Shown here: piece by piece, positions 23,029 through 31,470 of the stretch
How the letters are laid out: every line of letters starts with the position of its first letter
Position numbering within the stretch: position 1 is the stretch's first letter
NCBI GenBank assembly: GCA_030635365.1
Contig: DAOVYZ010000001.1
Span: 1 to 35,622 of the forward strand
Origin: Bacteroidales bacterium
Lineage (GTDB): Bacteria; Bacteroidota; Bacteroidia; Bacteroidales; UBA12077
Direction: 5' to 3'
DNA: 35,622 nucleotides
Notes under the pieces: generated by a model
What the model was told of the DNA's origin: nothing
What the model saw: the letters and a program-made list of their open reading frames with translations, nothing else
Databases searched by the model: none
Program-made: the position numbers and the translations under genes

Positions 23029-23612
23029 AAGTCAAAATAAACAATAAAAACCACAAGATAAAACCATCTTCAGAGCTGACAGTTAAAGAGTATACTCAAT
23101 ATTTTGACAGTTTAAAAGATGATTCCGGCAATTTAGAAAAGTTGATTTGCTATATTGTTGCAATAACAGGATTAAAATACAATCATGTTGCCGATATTGA
23201 TATAAACGAGACTACTATTAGGCGTTTATTCGCATACATTGGTGAGATTCCACAAGCAAAAGACATGCCAGAAAGCAAAGAATTTTATTATAAAAGAACA
23301 GGCAAAACATTGTATCAAAAGTCTGTTAATTGGCGAACTATCGGAGTCAGGAAATTACTTGAAGAAAGAAAAACGGATGATCCGCTTGATCAGGTTGTTT
23401 ATCTATTAGCTATTTATTTATCGAATGATTACGATCATCAAAAGATTGAAGAAATCTATAAAGAATTACAAGATTATAACGCTGTTGATGTACTTAGTTT
23501 TGTGATTTTTTTTTTCAAAAAATTGTATCCTGGCAGGAATTACGACAGAAGCTTTTTAAAAATGCAACCGAGAAAAGCAAATACAAACACAGTGAAACGA
23601 TTAAGCAAATAA
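23025..23612 (+). CDS. Hypothetical protein, 195 aa. It is the zero-frame product of a probable frameshift pair and may be a chaperone-like assembly factor.
   Basis: The ORF contains a T10 run at 23506-23515. See the -1 frame extension listed next. Confidence 0.55.
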   Translation: MKVKINNKNHKIKPSSELTVKEYTQYFDSLKDDSGNLEKLICYIVAITGLKYNHVADIDINETTIRRLFAYIGEIPQAKDMPESKEFYYKRTGKTLYQKSVNWRTIGVRKLLEERKTDDPLDQVVYLLAIYLSNDYDHQKIEEIYKELQDYNAVDVLSFVIFFFKKLYPGRNYDRSFLKMQPRKANTNTVKRLSK

Positions 23613-23794
23613 CTGGGCAAAGGCTAGATAAATATTCGGCTGTCAATGAAATAGAGTACATTTTAGAAAAAGGATTTGCCAATAATATTGATGATGCTTT
23701 GAAAATTGACGATGTTTACTTAACTTTGTCTCAATGTTCTAATATTGAACAACAGGATATTGATAGGAAAATTAGTGAAGCGATAAATAAATAA
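23498..23794 (+). CDS. ORF in the -1 frame with no start codon. It is probably reached by a programmed -1 frameshift from ORF 23025, giving a fusion of about 256 aa.
   Basis: I verified the codons by hand. The -1 frame opens at 23498, just after TAG at 23495-23497. It runs 98 sense codons to TAA at 23792-23794, 4 nt before the next ATG. It contains no ATG or GTG. The slippery T_TTT_TTT and T_TTT_TTC lie at 23507-23516. Confidence 0.5.
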   Translation, partial: FCDFFFQKIVSWQELRQKLFKNATEKSKYKHSETIKQITGQRLDKYSAVNEIEYILEKGFANNIDDALKIDDVYLTLSQCSNIEQQDIDRKISEAINK

Positions 23795-23798
23795 AACT

Positions 23799-23990
23799 AT
23801 GGAAATAATTGGGAAAAAAGCAGTAAGAACAGTAATATCGAAATCAGCAAAAAGAAGTAAAATAGAAACTATCCACGGGTTTTTTCCTTTTTTTACTGAA
23901 CAGGTTGTTTATAAAACACCCATTGGAAAGGTTAAGGGTAAAATAAAATATAAATCTATTACCAAACATGAGCCAATTTTAAATCTGTGA
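23799..23990 (+). CDS. Hypothetical basic protein, 63 aa.
   Basis: ORF only. Its stop overlaps the next GTG start as GTGA. Confidence 0.45.
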   Translation: MEIIGKKAVRTVISKSAKRSKIETIHGFFPFFTEQVVYKTPIGKVKGKIKYKSITKHEPILNL

Positions 23991-24466
23991 ACATAATAAC
24001 CACCATACAAGCAGCTCTGACAGCTCTCAATAATAATGCAGAGCTTTTTTTGCTTGAAAGAAGCCGAGCCGAAAATGAAGAGCTAAATCACGAAAGCGAT
24101 GTAATTGTTGTTTATCCTGATTGGCGAACCACTAACACTTTTAACCAAGGTTTAGAACTAATAAAAACCCGTGTTTACAATATTGACTTTAAGACTCCGG
24201 ACGAATGGGATAATTCAGACAACAACTTACCAACTGCATATGAAAGTAAAACAAGTGCAGACAGGATTGAAGATATGGAAATATTGGCAGATAGTATTTT
24301 TAGCTACATAACATTAAAAAATAACCTATTCCCAGAAATAAGAGAAAAATTAAAATGGACTTCACCAAGGCCAATTTTGAGGGCTAATAATGGTACGATG
24401 TCCGGGGTTAGTGTCCAGCTGACCGTTGTGTTTAGTGGTGAACGTATTTGTGATTACACACCTTAA
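23987..24466 (+). CDS. Candidate head-tail joining or tail completion protein, 159 aa.
   Basis: The size, the position before the tube-like gene, and an N-terminal I..I..AL.aL....lfl....... pattern resemble tail completion or terminator families. This evidence is weak. Confidence 0.3.
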   Translation: MNIITTIQAALTALNNNAELFLLERSRAENEELNHESDVIVVYPDWRTTNTFNQGLELIKTRVYNIDFKTPDEWDNSDNNLPTAYESKTSADRIEDMEILADSIFSYITLKNNLFPEIREKLKWTSPRPILRANNGTMSGVSVQLTVVFSGERICDYTP

Positions 24467-24469
24467 TTT

Positions 24470-26266
24470 ATGGCAAATTGCATAAATGAAATACAAGGCA
24501 TTCAAAGCATATCATTATATCCAAATAGTGGTATTCAATTAATACGGCCTGATATTTCAAATGAAAACGAGGTCAATTTAATAGCTGACGGTGCAGGCAG
24601 TTATACTATTTCTAATCCTGTTTTGCTGCCAAAATGGGAGCGAAATGTAGGTTATTCTGGAAATTATAAACAAAATTATAGTGACGAATTTAAGTTTATG
24701 GTTAATGGTATTGAGAATGAAATACCAGCAATAATAAAAGATTTAAGAAATAACCGGGTAGGCTATATTGCTGAAATACTCACAACAGGCAATCAAAACT
24801 ATGTTTTTCAATCTCCTGTATTCCTGAATAATGCCAATACAAAGCAAATAGACTCGCATAGCTGGCAAGTTTCATTATCTTACCGTATTCCCAGCTTTTT
24901 AAATAAGCTAATATTATTAGAAACTATTTTAACGAATAATCCAGATATATTACCGGTTGATGTTGAAATAGTAGGAATCCAAAGAATGGCATTGTATATT
25001 AATGAAGATGTAATATACAGGTATCTTGATCCGTCCAATGAAAATGAAATTGCTTTAGTTTCACCCGTTGAGCCTTTTATTATAATAAATGATATTAATC
25101 AATTACCTAAATGGGAACGTATAACAGATAATTCCGGCAATTATAAGCAGAATTACAATGATGAGTTTACCTTTTTATTACATGGAATTGAAAATGATGT
25201 GCCGGGAATAACCCAAAGTTTAAGAAATAACAGACTTGGTTTTATAGTTGAAATATTGACAACAGGAAACAAACCATTTATTTTCCGAACACCTGTTTTT
25301 TTAAATGAAGATAACACAAAACAAATTGATTCACATAGTTGGGAGGTTTCTCTATCATATAGAATACGAAGTTTTTTGGATAAATTAACATTAACAGAGA
25401 GGCCTATTGTAGAATATAGAAACGGAATTGTTACAAATTCTTTTTTTGGGAATGTTGCGGTTTTTGATTTTGAAGCAAAAATAAATTCTAATACACAAGT
25501 TACATTTACTGTTAATTGGGGTGCTGAGATTGGTACAACTGTAATAAATTCAATTATGGTTGATGGTGTATGGAAAGCCTTACAAACTTCAATATTAATT
25601 CCTTTAGGTGTGAATCCTAATCAAACAATTATTGTTACTGATAATTTTGGTGATAGTTTTGAGGTGGAATATGTTATTGAAGCGGGTATTCCTGTGCCTG
25701 AATTAAATTACTGGCCTTTTTTAGGCAATACTGATGATATTGTAGGAGGTAACGATGGTGTTAATTTTGGAGCTGCGCTGGTAGCGGATAAAGGAGGAAA
25801 TCCTAATAGTGCCTATTTTTTTGATAATGCAGAATCGGATTATATGGGTCTAACAAGTTCTATTAACGCAGCAAAGGTTCATTCATTTACTGCTAGATTA
25901 AAATGTGTAGTTTATGGGAATATAATATTTAATGATGGGGTTAATACTTTTATTTATGTGCGCAATGCCACGGAAATTCAATATCGCGCAACGGGCAGTG
26001 ATATTTTAAGCTTCAGCGCCATCCTTCCATCTGCTAATACATATTTCGACTTAGTAATAACAAGAAATGGAACATCTGTATCCTGTTATATTGATGGAAT
26101 ACAGCAAGATACTGCAAAAACATTAGTGGCAAATAATGATTACATCTTTGATCTGCTGACGAGAACAGGAACGTCTTTCAGAATGAATGGTACAATTGAT
26201 AATATGAGAATTTATAACAGAGTAATAACACAAGACGAAATAGATCTAATACATGCAGAAACATGA
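24470..26266 (+). CDS. Tail structural protein, 598 aa. It has two tandem copies of a roughly 159-aa tube-like domain, a beta-sandwich region, and a C-terminal LamG/concanavalin-like lectin domain.
   Basis: The internal repeat spans aa 8-147 and aa 167-306 with a constant 159-aa offset. By my count 66 of 95 aligned residues are identical from LPKWER to SFL.KL. The C-terminus WPFLGNTDDIVGGNDG...FRMNGTIDNMRIYNRVITQDEIDLIH is the LamG (Laminin_G_3) signature. Confidence 0.7.
   Translation: MANCINEIQGIQSISLYPNSGIQLIRPDISNENEVNLIADGAGSYTISNPVLLPKWERNVGYSGNYKQNYSDEFKFMVNGIENEIPAIIKDLRNNRVGYIAEILTTGNQNYVFQSPVFLNNANTKQIDSHSWQVSLSYRIPSFLNKLILLETILTNNPDILPVDVEIVGIQRMALYINEDVIYRYLDPSNENEIALVSPVEPFIIINDINQLPKWERITDNSGNYKQNYNDEFTFLLHGIENDVPGITQSLRNNRLGFIVEILTTGNKPFIFRTPVFLNEDNTKQIDSHSWEVSLSYRIRSFLDKLTLTERPIVEYRNGIVTNSFFGNVAVFDFEAKINSNTQVTFTVNWGAEIGTTVINSIMVDGVWKALQTSILIPLGVNPNQTIIVTDNFGDSFEVEYVIEAGIPVPELNYWPFLGNTDDIVGGNDGVNFGAALVADKGGNPNSAYFFDNAESDYMGLTSSINAAKVHSFTARLKCVVYGNIIFNDGVNTFIYVRNATEIQYRATGSDILSFSAILPSANTYFDLVITRNGTSVSCYIDGIQQDTAKTLVANNDYIFDLLTRTGTSFRMNGTIDNMRIYNRVITQDEIDLIHAET
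24491..25387 (+). repeat. Intragenic tandem duplication with a 477-nt period. Copy 1 is 24491-24910 and copy 2 is 24968-25387.
   Basis: The two protein segments align with no net indel. The DNA copies are clearly similar, for example AATTATAAACAAAATTATAGTGACGAATTTA versus AATTATAAGCAGAATTACAATGATGAGTTTA. Confidence 0.85.
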
Positions 26267-26673
26267 AAAAACTAATAACAATATTATTCTTGTTTGCATT
26301 TACAATAAATGCTCAAATACAACTAAGTGAAGATTATTCTTTTAAACAGGATAAGGCTTATCATGTATTAGCAGGCACCGGGATAAGTGCAGGTACTTTT
26401 ATTCTAGTTAATCGCAAAACAAATGACATTGACTTAGCTTTTAGGGCTGCTTGGATGTCTTCAGCATTTGCAGCATTGGGCAAAGAAATAATTGATTGCT
26501 CACAAGGCAAAGAATTATCATTATCAGATATGAGTTATACTATAGGGTCGGGATTATTGACAGCTTGTGCATTTAAGATAATTACAAAGCATAGAAAGAA
26601 AAAACGAGCATTAAAGTTTGAATCAAATATCTGGTCTTTAGATAATGAATTTATAAATGAACGATCAAATTGA
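26263..26673 (+). CDS. Secreted or membrane protein with a signal peptide, 136 aa.
   Basis: The N-terminus is MKKLITILFLFAFTINAQ followed by IQ. The motifs DKAYHVLAG...LGKEIID...LSLSDMSYTIGSG recall small periplasmic YfiM/DUF2279-like proteins, from memory and uncertain. Its start forms an ATGA overlap with ORF 24470. Confidence 0.5.
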   Translation: MKKLITILFLFAFTINAQIQLSEDYSFKQDKAYHVLAGTGISAGTFILVNRKTNDIDLAFRAAWMSSAFAALGKEIIDCSQGKELSLSDMSYTIGSGLLTACAFKIITKHRKKKRALKFESNIWSLDNEFINERSN

Positions 26674-27136
26674 AATAGTAATCCAAGAGGTTGAAAAGTT
26701 TAACGATTCGATTAGAGATGCTCTAAACAGCAAAGATATTTCTGACACAAGAGAGGCTGCAAATTCTTTATTTGTTGAACATGGTAAAGATTTTGTACAA
26801 TCAATAGGTATATTTTATATTGAGTTTTTGGATACAGGACGGGCACCGGGTAAATTCCCACCAAGGGCACCGATTGCAAGGTGGGTTGAAAGTAAATTGG
26901 GAATTTCACCAAGTGATCCAGAATTTAACGGAATAGTCTATGTAATCAGTAAGAAAATAGCCGATCTTGGCACGACAATTTTCATAAATCAAGGAAAAGG
27001 AATAGAATTAGACAAAAAAATTGTAACTTTACGAAAAAATTTAAATGAAGCTTTAAGAGAATCGACAATTGCAACTATCAGGCAGAGACTTGACAGATTT
27101 AAGAAAGTACATATTAAAAACAAATACGGTTTATAA
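26657..27136 (+). CDS. Candidate tail or neck component, 159 aa.
   Basis: IEFLDTGRAPGKFPPRAPIARWV loosely resembles HK97 gp10-like tail-component families. This evidence is weak. Confidence 0.3.
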   Translation: MNDQIEIVIQEVEKFNDSIRDALNSKDISDTREAANSLFVEHGKDFVQSIGIFYIEFLDTGRAPGKFPPRAPIARWVESKLGISPSDPEFNGIVYVISKKIADLGTTIFINQGKGIELDKKIVTLRKNLNEALRESTIATIRQRLDRFKKVHIKNKYGL

Positions 27137-28788
27137 TGGCAACAAAAATTTATTTATCAGGTGGAGCGATCAATATTGAAGGGGTTACAACTGAAACACT
27201 TGTAATTAATCCTGCACATTTTGATTGGAATCCAAAAGGCAATAATTATTCTGCTAGAGATGGGATAGAAAACCAATCTTATGATTTAGGCATTTATAGT
27301 AATATTCAAGATGAAAATGGAACTGCGTACACAAGTGATGCAGACGTTAAGTTTTTTCTAAATACTTTAGTATATAAGCAAGTTGGTGTTAATCCGAACA
27401 ATATACCTGCATCTTATACTCATCAAAAAAGTAATTCAGTATTAAAAGCTGTAAATAAAGGACAATTAAATAAATTCAGATTAAGACCTCAAGTATTGAA
27501 TGAGCATGTTGAAAGCTCGAGAGAAATTCAGGCTGTTGTTGATGCTAGTACAATAGTCGGACAAATATTTAAGCTTAATGAAGATAATATAAATGGTATT
27601 GCCTTAACTATGGAAAGTGCCGAAGGTGTTTCTCTTGATAATTTTGAAAGTTATGCTAATAGTGGAGCTTTACAAGCTGTTTGGGTAAAAGGTGGTACAG
27701 ATGAAGCAACACTTGAAACCGTTATTGTTTCTGGTGGCACAAAATCAATGAAATTACCTTTAACTCTTTTGGATGGTGAATGGGTAGATACAATTACTTC
27801 CACTGATTACACTGATTTTATTTTTGAATTTGATTTTCAGCAAAGTACTATCTTTGGATTAACTGGAGCAATAGTTGCATTTTTTATTGGTGATGGTGTT
27901 AATACTAAAAGTTTTGAAATAACATTTGATACAATTAATATCTGGCATCACATTGATGTATTTGAGGCTGCAATGACAGAAGACGGAGGCACAACTGATG
28001 TGACAGCAATTACAAAAATAGGTTATAGAGTTATTGGGAAAAAGAATGGTGCTTTTGCATATATTGATACTCTTTTAGCAACTCCACCACCAGGCCAAAT
28101 AATGGCTAAACTTTGGGATATGGGGACAGATATTCCGGTAACTGCCGTGACATCAATTGACGATGGTAATCAATACACTGAATTAGGAGACAGGGGCTTA
28201 AATGGTGGCGTAGTAGCTGATGAAATAATTGTATCATTAGTAGGTGGCACCCGGCGTTATGCGCTTACTACCTATGTGGCTGGTGTGGCATTGGAAATTC
28301 CTGATAATACATTGCTTACAATTGGTAATTATTATGCTATAACATTGCATTATATTGATACTGATGTTAGTATATTGGGCACAGACCCATCACTTGCAAC
28401 TCAATATTATGATAATGGCTATGCTTTTACTGCACCCGATGAAGCAACTGCAATCACAGCTGTAGGAGAATTTAATAATCTGATGTTTAATATATTTAGC
28501 ACACAAAATGTTTTTATCAATACTCTTTTAAGAATATTTGATAGTGCTTCCGGAGGTTTAGCTCGCGAATCAATATATATCGAAGATAAGAATATGAAAG
28601 TTATAGGAATTGTAATTGATGATTCTTTAGCGCCTCAAGAATTTCAAATTGAATTTAAAGATCGGGTTTTCTGGATGCCAAAAGGCTCTAAATTTGAAGA
28701 TTATTACAATGATGATTTTAATGACAGTGTGGCGTCAGTAGCATTAACCATAGGTTATATGTATGAACCCCCTATAGTAAACGGATAA
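27136..28788 (+). CDS. Large tail, baseplate or fibre protein, 550 aa.
   Basis: The call rests on size, position in the tail module, beta-rich composition and a Met-Ala start. I recognise no motif. Confidence 0.4.
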   Translation: MATKIYLSGGAINIEGVTTETLVINPAHFDWNPKGNNYSARDGIENQSYDLGIYSNIQDENGTAYTSDADVKFFLNTLVYKQVGVNPNNIPASYTHQKSNSVLKAVNKGQLNKFRLRPQVLNEHVESSREIQAVVDASTIVGQIFKLNEDNINGIALTMESAEGVSLDNFESYANSGALQAVWVKGGTDEATLETVIVSGGTKSMKLPLTLLDGEWVDTITSTDYTDFIFEFDFQQSTIFGLTGAIVAFFIGDGVNTKSFEITFDTINIWHHIDVFEAAMTEDGGTTDVTAITKIGYRVIGKKNGAFAYIDTLLATPPPGQIMAKLWDMGTDIPVTAVTSIDDGNQYTELGDRGLNGGVVADEIIVSLVGGTRRYALTTYVAGVALEIPDNTLLTIGNYYAITLHYIDTDVSILGTDPSLATQYYDNGYAFTAPDEATAITAVGEFNNLMFNIFSTQNVFINTLLRIFDSASGGLARESIYIEDKNMKVIGIVIDDSLAPQEFQIEFKDRVFWMPKGSKFEDYYNDDFNDSVASVALTIGYMYEPPIVNG

Positions 28789-28816
28789 AAATTAACATAA
28801 ATTAAATACAAATATT

Positions 28817-29194
28817 ATGGCACTAGCAGCACAAGCAACAAAAATTAGTTTAGATGCAACAAAAACACCTTCGGGATTTACTGATCCAGGCGGCTCAAAT
28901 TTGTCAAGCTCTCAACCAACTTATGAAAATTTATCTTTGTCGGTTTTAAAAGCAACGGTTGAAGATTCAACAAAAGCAACAACTTTTGATCAAATCAGGA
29001 CGGATGCAACAATCGGGATTGAAAAACAGGTTGCCGATTTATTGACAAACGATATGGATGTAGCAGTTGCAACAATCACTTACAATATTGATTGGAAAGA
29101 CATTAGAAACAATCAAATATTTACAGAAGAATTTTACAGCGATGTAGCTAATAGTTATGTTGCCATTGTTGACGTTTATATCAATGTTTCATAA
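28817..29194 (+). CDS. Hypothetical virion protein, 125 aa.
   Basis: ORF in the tail module. Confidence 0.4.
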   Translation: MALAAQATKISLDATKTPSGFTDPGGSNLSSSQPTYENLSLSVLKATVEDSTKATTFDQIRTDATIGIEKQVADLLTNDMDVAVATITYNIDWKDIRNNQIFTEEFYSDVANSYVAIVDVYINVS

Positions 29195-29198
29195 ATGA

Positions 29199-30158
29199 AT
29201 GTCTGTATCTTTAACATCATACCCGGTTATAACTTCGTCTGGCAAAGTTAGGAATATCTTTGCCGGTTTTCAGGCTGTTGAATTAGACTTCAAGCGTGAA
29301 GATGCTGTTGTTGTAGATGTCACCCAGGGAGCAAATAATAAGATACTCATTTCAATTGCCGGAGACATTACCAGCAGCCTTAATGTAGGCGAATGGGTTT
29401 ATTTATTTTCCGAAGGTGTAACTTTTACATATGATAATAGTTATCAGATTATAACTGTTGTTTTCAGCAGCCCAAACACTGAAATTACAGTTGAAGGAGA
29501 TTTCATAGAAGGCTCAACAGGTGGATATTGTAATTATAAACAAAACTGGTTTTTAGAATCCAAGTTAGTAAGCCCTGACAATAACGATGTAAAAAATTAC
29601 CCCCAACTATTGCAAAATGATGGGAATCCTAATGGAGAAGTTGAGGTAAACACATCAATGTTGGTTGACTTTTTGAAAAATGAAATCGAAACAACATCGC
29701 AGGAAATCACAAACGGACGCCAGGAATGTAAAGCAATGTACCGGGAAGTATGGCGTGAAGATGATGCACAATCATTTATATTAGTTGACCAGGAGCCTAT
29801 TATTATCATATTTGCAGCTGAAAATTCAGAAATTGAAGATTTCACTAATGAATTTGAAACCCCCAAAATGTGGGAAGGTTATCCGTTCTTTTTGAACATA
29901 TTACATTCTCTTCAAAATTCAGTTGGTGAAAGGGTTGCGGTTACATTTGACGAGCTTGATATTAATCAGGATAATATAATAATTGATAATGTATTGACTA
30001 ATTTTGAACCTGATGATTTTGGGATATTGCAATCTAATTTCAATGACAATGTAAAGATAATTGAAGACAGCACACGGTTTATAAAGTTCAATGCTAATTC
30101 ATCGAGTGCAGCCGATTATTTGACAGGAGATTATAACGACTCAGATTACTCAACTTAA
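29199..30158 (+). CDS. Hypothetical tail or baseplate protein, 319 aa.
   Basis: ORF in the tail module. Confidence 0.4.
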   Translation: MSVSLTSYPVITSSGKVRNIFAGFQAVELDFKREDAVVVDVTQGANNKILISIAGDITSSLNVGEWVYLFSEGVTFTYDNSYQIITVVFSSPNTEITVEGDFIEGSTGGYCNYKQNWFLESKLVSPDNNDVKNYPQLLQNDGNPNGEVEVNTSMLVDFLKNEIETTSQEITNGRQECKAMYREVWREDDAQSFILVDQEPIIIIFAAENSEIEDFTNEFETPKMWEGYPFFLNILHSLQNSVGERVAVTFDELDINQDNIIIDNVLTNFEPDDFGILQSNFNDNVKIIEDSTRFIKFNANSSSAADYLTGDYNDSDYST

Positions 30159-30169
30159 TATAAATAATT

Positions 30170-31042
30170 ATGGCAGTAGGAAACAGAACAGAAACGAAAG
30201 CAGCAGTTACAGCTGCATTAGTGCCTACTTTAACGCTCGCTAATCATATTACCTTGCTCAATGATAGTGTAAATGAAAGTGCTGTTTTTCGTAAAGATAT
30301 AATTGCAACCGAAACAGAGGCAGCTGGTCTTGTAACCATCAATTATGCAAACAAAGACACGGCAACAGTAACAACTGCCGTAAATTTGGCCGTTTCTTTT
30401 ACTAATATTGAAAATGGTGATGTTAAATATTTATCAATTACAAAGGGAGCGACCGATACAATTTCATTTACCGGTGCAACAGATGTTTCTATTAGGAAGG
30501 ATTATATAGACGGTACAGCAACTCTGGTTGTTTATGAAGTTTTCAATAAAAACGGTAACATTTATGTTCATTCTATCAATATAGACAATAGCGCGCCTGC
30601 ATCAGAGACAACACAAGGCGGTTTGGAAATTGCTACAACAGCCGAAGCACAGGCATTAGCTTTAGATACAAAAATTATCACACCAAACAAATTAGCAGAT
30701 GTAAATGGTGGAACGCTCAAAAAGAAAGTTGATATTGGTGATTGGGATATGAACGCCACGGTAATATTGGCAGTAACTCATAGTATTGGTGATTGGACTA
30801 AAATAATAGGTGTAAAAGCCACTATTTTTGCCGATGACGACAGTAGCCTTGATCCACTTAGTCAAGACTTGTTTGTTGCTGATAATCCAGGTGCATTTGG
30901 TACACCTGTTATTACCGGAGCTTATGCTACTAACGCAACTACAATCGTATTATCAAGATTAACAGGCGGATGGTATGATTCTGTGGAATTTGATAAAACA
31001 TCTTATAACAGAGGCTATGTTGTAATTGAATATTTACCATGA
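30170..31042 (+). CDS. Tail fibre or receptor-binding protein.
   Basis: ASETTQGGLEIATTAEAQALALDTKIITPNKL matches the widespread tail-fibre motif as.t.aG...lAT..Ea.ag.d....vTP..l. Confidence 0.6.
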   Translation: MAVGNRTETKAAVTAALVPTLTLANHITLLNDSVNESAVFRKDIIATETEAAGLVTINYANKDTATVTTAVNLAVSFTNIENGDVKYLSITKGATDTISFTGATDVSIRKDYIDGTATLVVYEVFNKNGNIYVHSINIDNSAPASETTQGGLEIATTAEAQALALDTKIITPNKLADVNGGTLKKKVDIGDWDMNATVILAVTHSIGDWTKIIGVKATIFADDDSSLDPLSQDLFVADNPGAFGTPVITGAYATNATTIVLSRLTGGWYDSVEFDKTSYNRGYVVIEYLP

Positions 31043-31470
31043 TAAAAAAAATAATTTTAATATTGTTTTTATCCATTGTATTAAAGTCTTTTTCAATAGC
31101 TCAAATAAAAATAAAAAGTGATATTGAAATGGGTTATTTAAATGATAAATATAGTTTAAATAATGATGGCTATTTTATACAATATGAATCAGGTAATGTT
31201 TTGTACTGTGATATAATTGCAGATTTTTCAATAAAGAGATTTCATGTTGAACAGCAGATTTTTAACATGTTTGCTTATGATGATTCATATTCATTTAAGC
31301 CAATGGAAATTTTATATAAAACAAGACTTTATTATAAATATAAGTCTTTTTCTGGTGGAATTGAGCATATGTGTTTGCACCCGATCATTAACCAGCATAA
31401 TGCATTAGATCAGATTACAAGGAGAGCCAGTCACGATAAAATATTCATAAGATTCACATTTGAAAACTAA
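31039..31470 (+). CDS. Secreted beta-rich protein with a signal peptide, 143 aa. It is a candidate small outer-membrane beta-barrel carried as a moron.
   Basis: The N-terminus is MIKKIILILFLSIVLKSFSIAQ followed by IK. The sequence has alternating aromatic/polar stretches and ends IFIRFTFEN. It sits among fibre genes. Confidence 0.45.
   Translation: MIKKIILILFLSIVLKSFSIAQIKIKSDIEMGYLNDKYSLNNDGYFIQYESGNVLYCDIIADFSIKRFHVEQQIFNMFAYDDSYSFKPMEILYKTRLYYKYKSFSGGIEHMCLHPIINQHNALDQITRRASHDKIFIRFTFEN

Noticed and set aside
24491-25387. The intragenic repeat considered as a diversity-generating retroelement template/variable repeat pair.
   Set aside because: No reverse transcriptase gene exists in the genome. 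Both copies are in frame within one protein, 477 nt apart. The differences are spread over all base types rather than confined to adenines. A tandem domain duplication is the simpler explanation.
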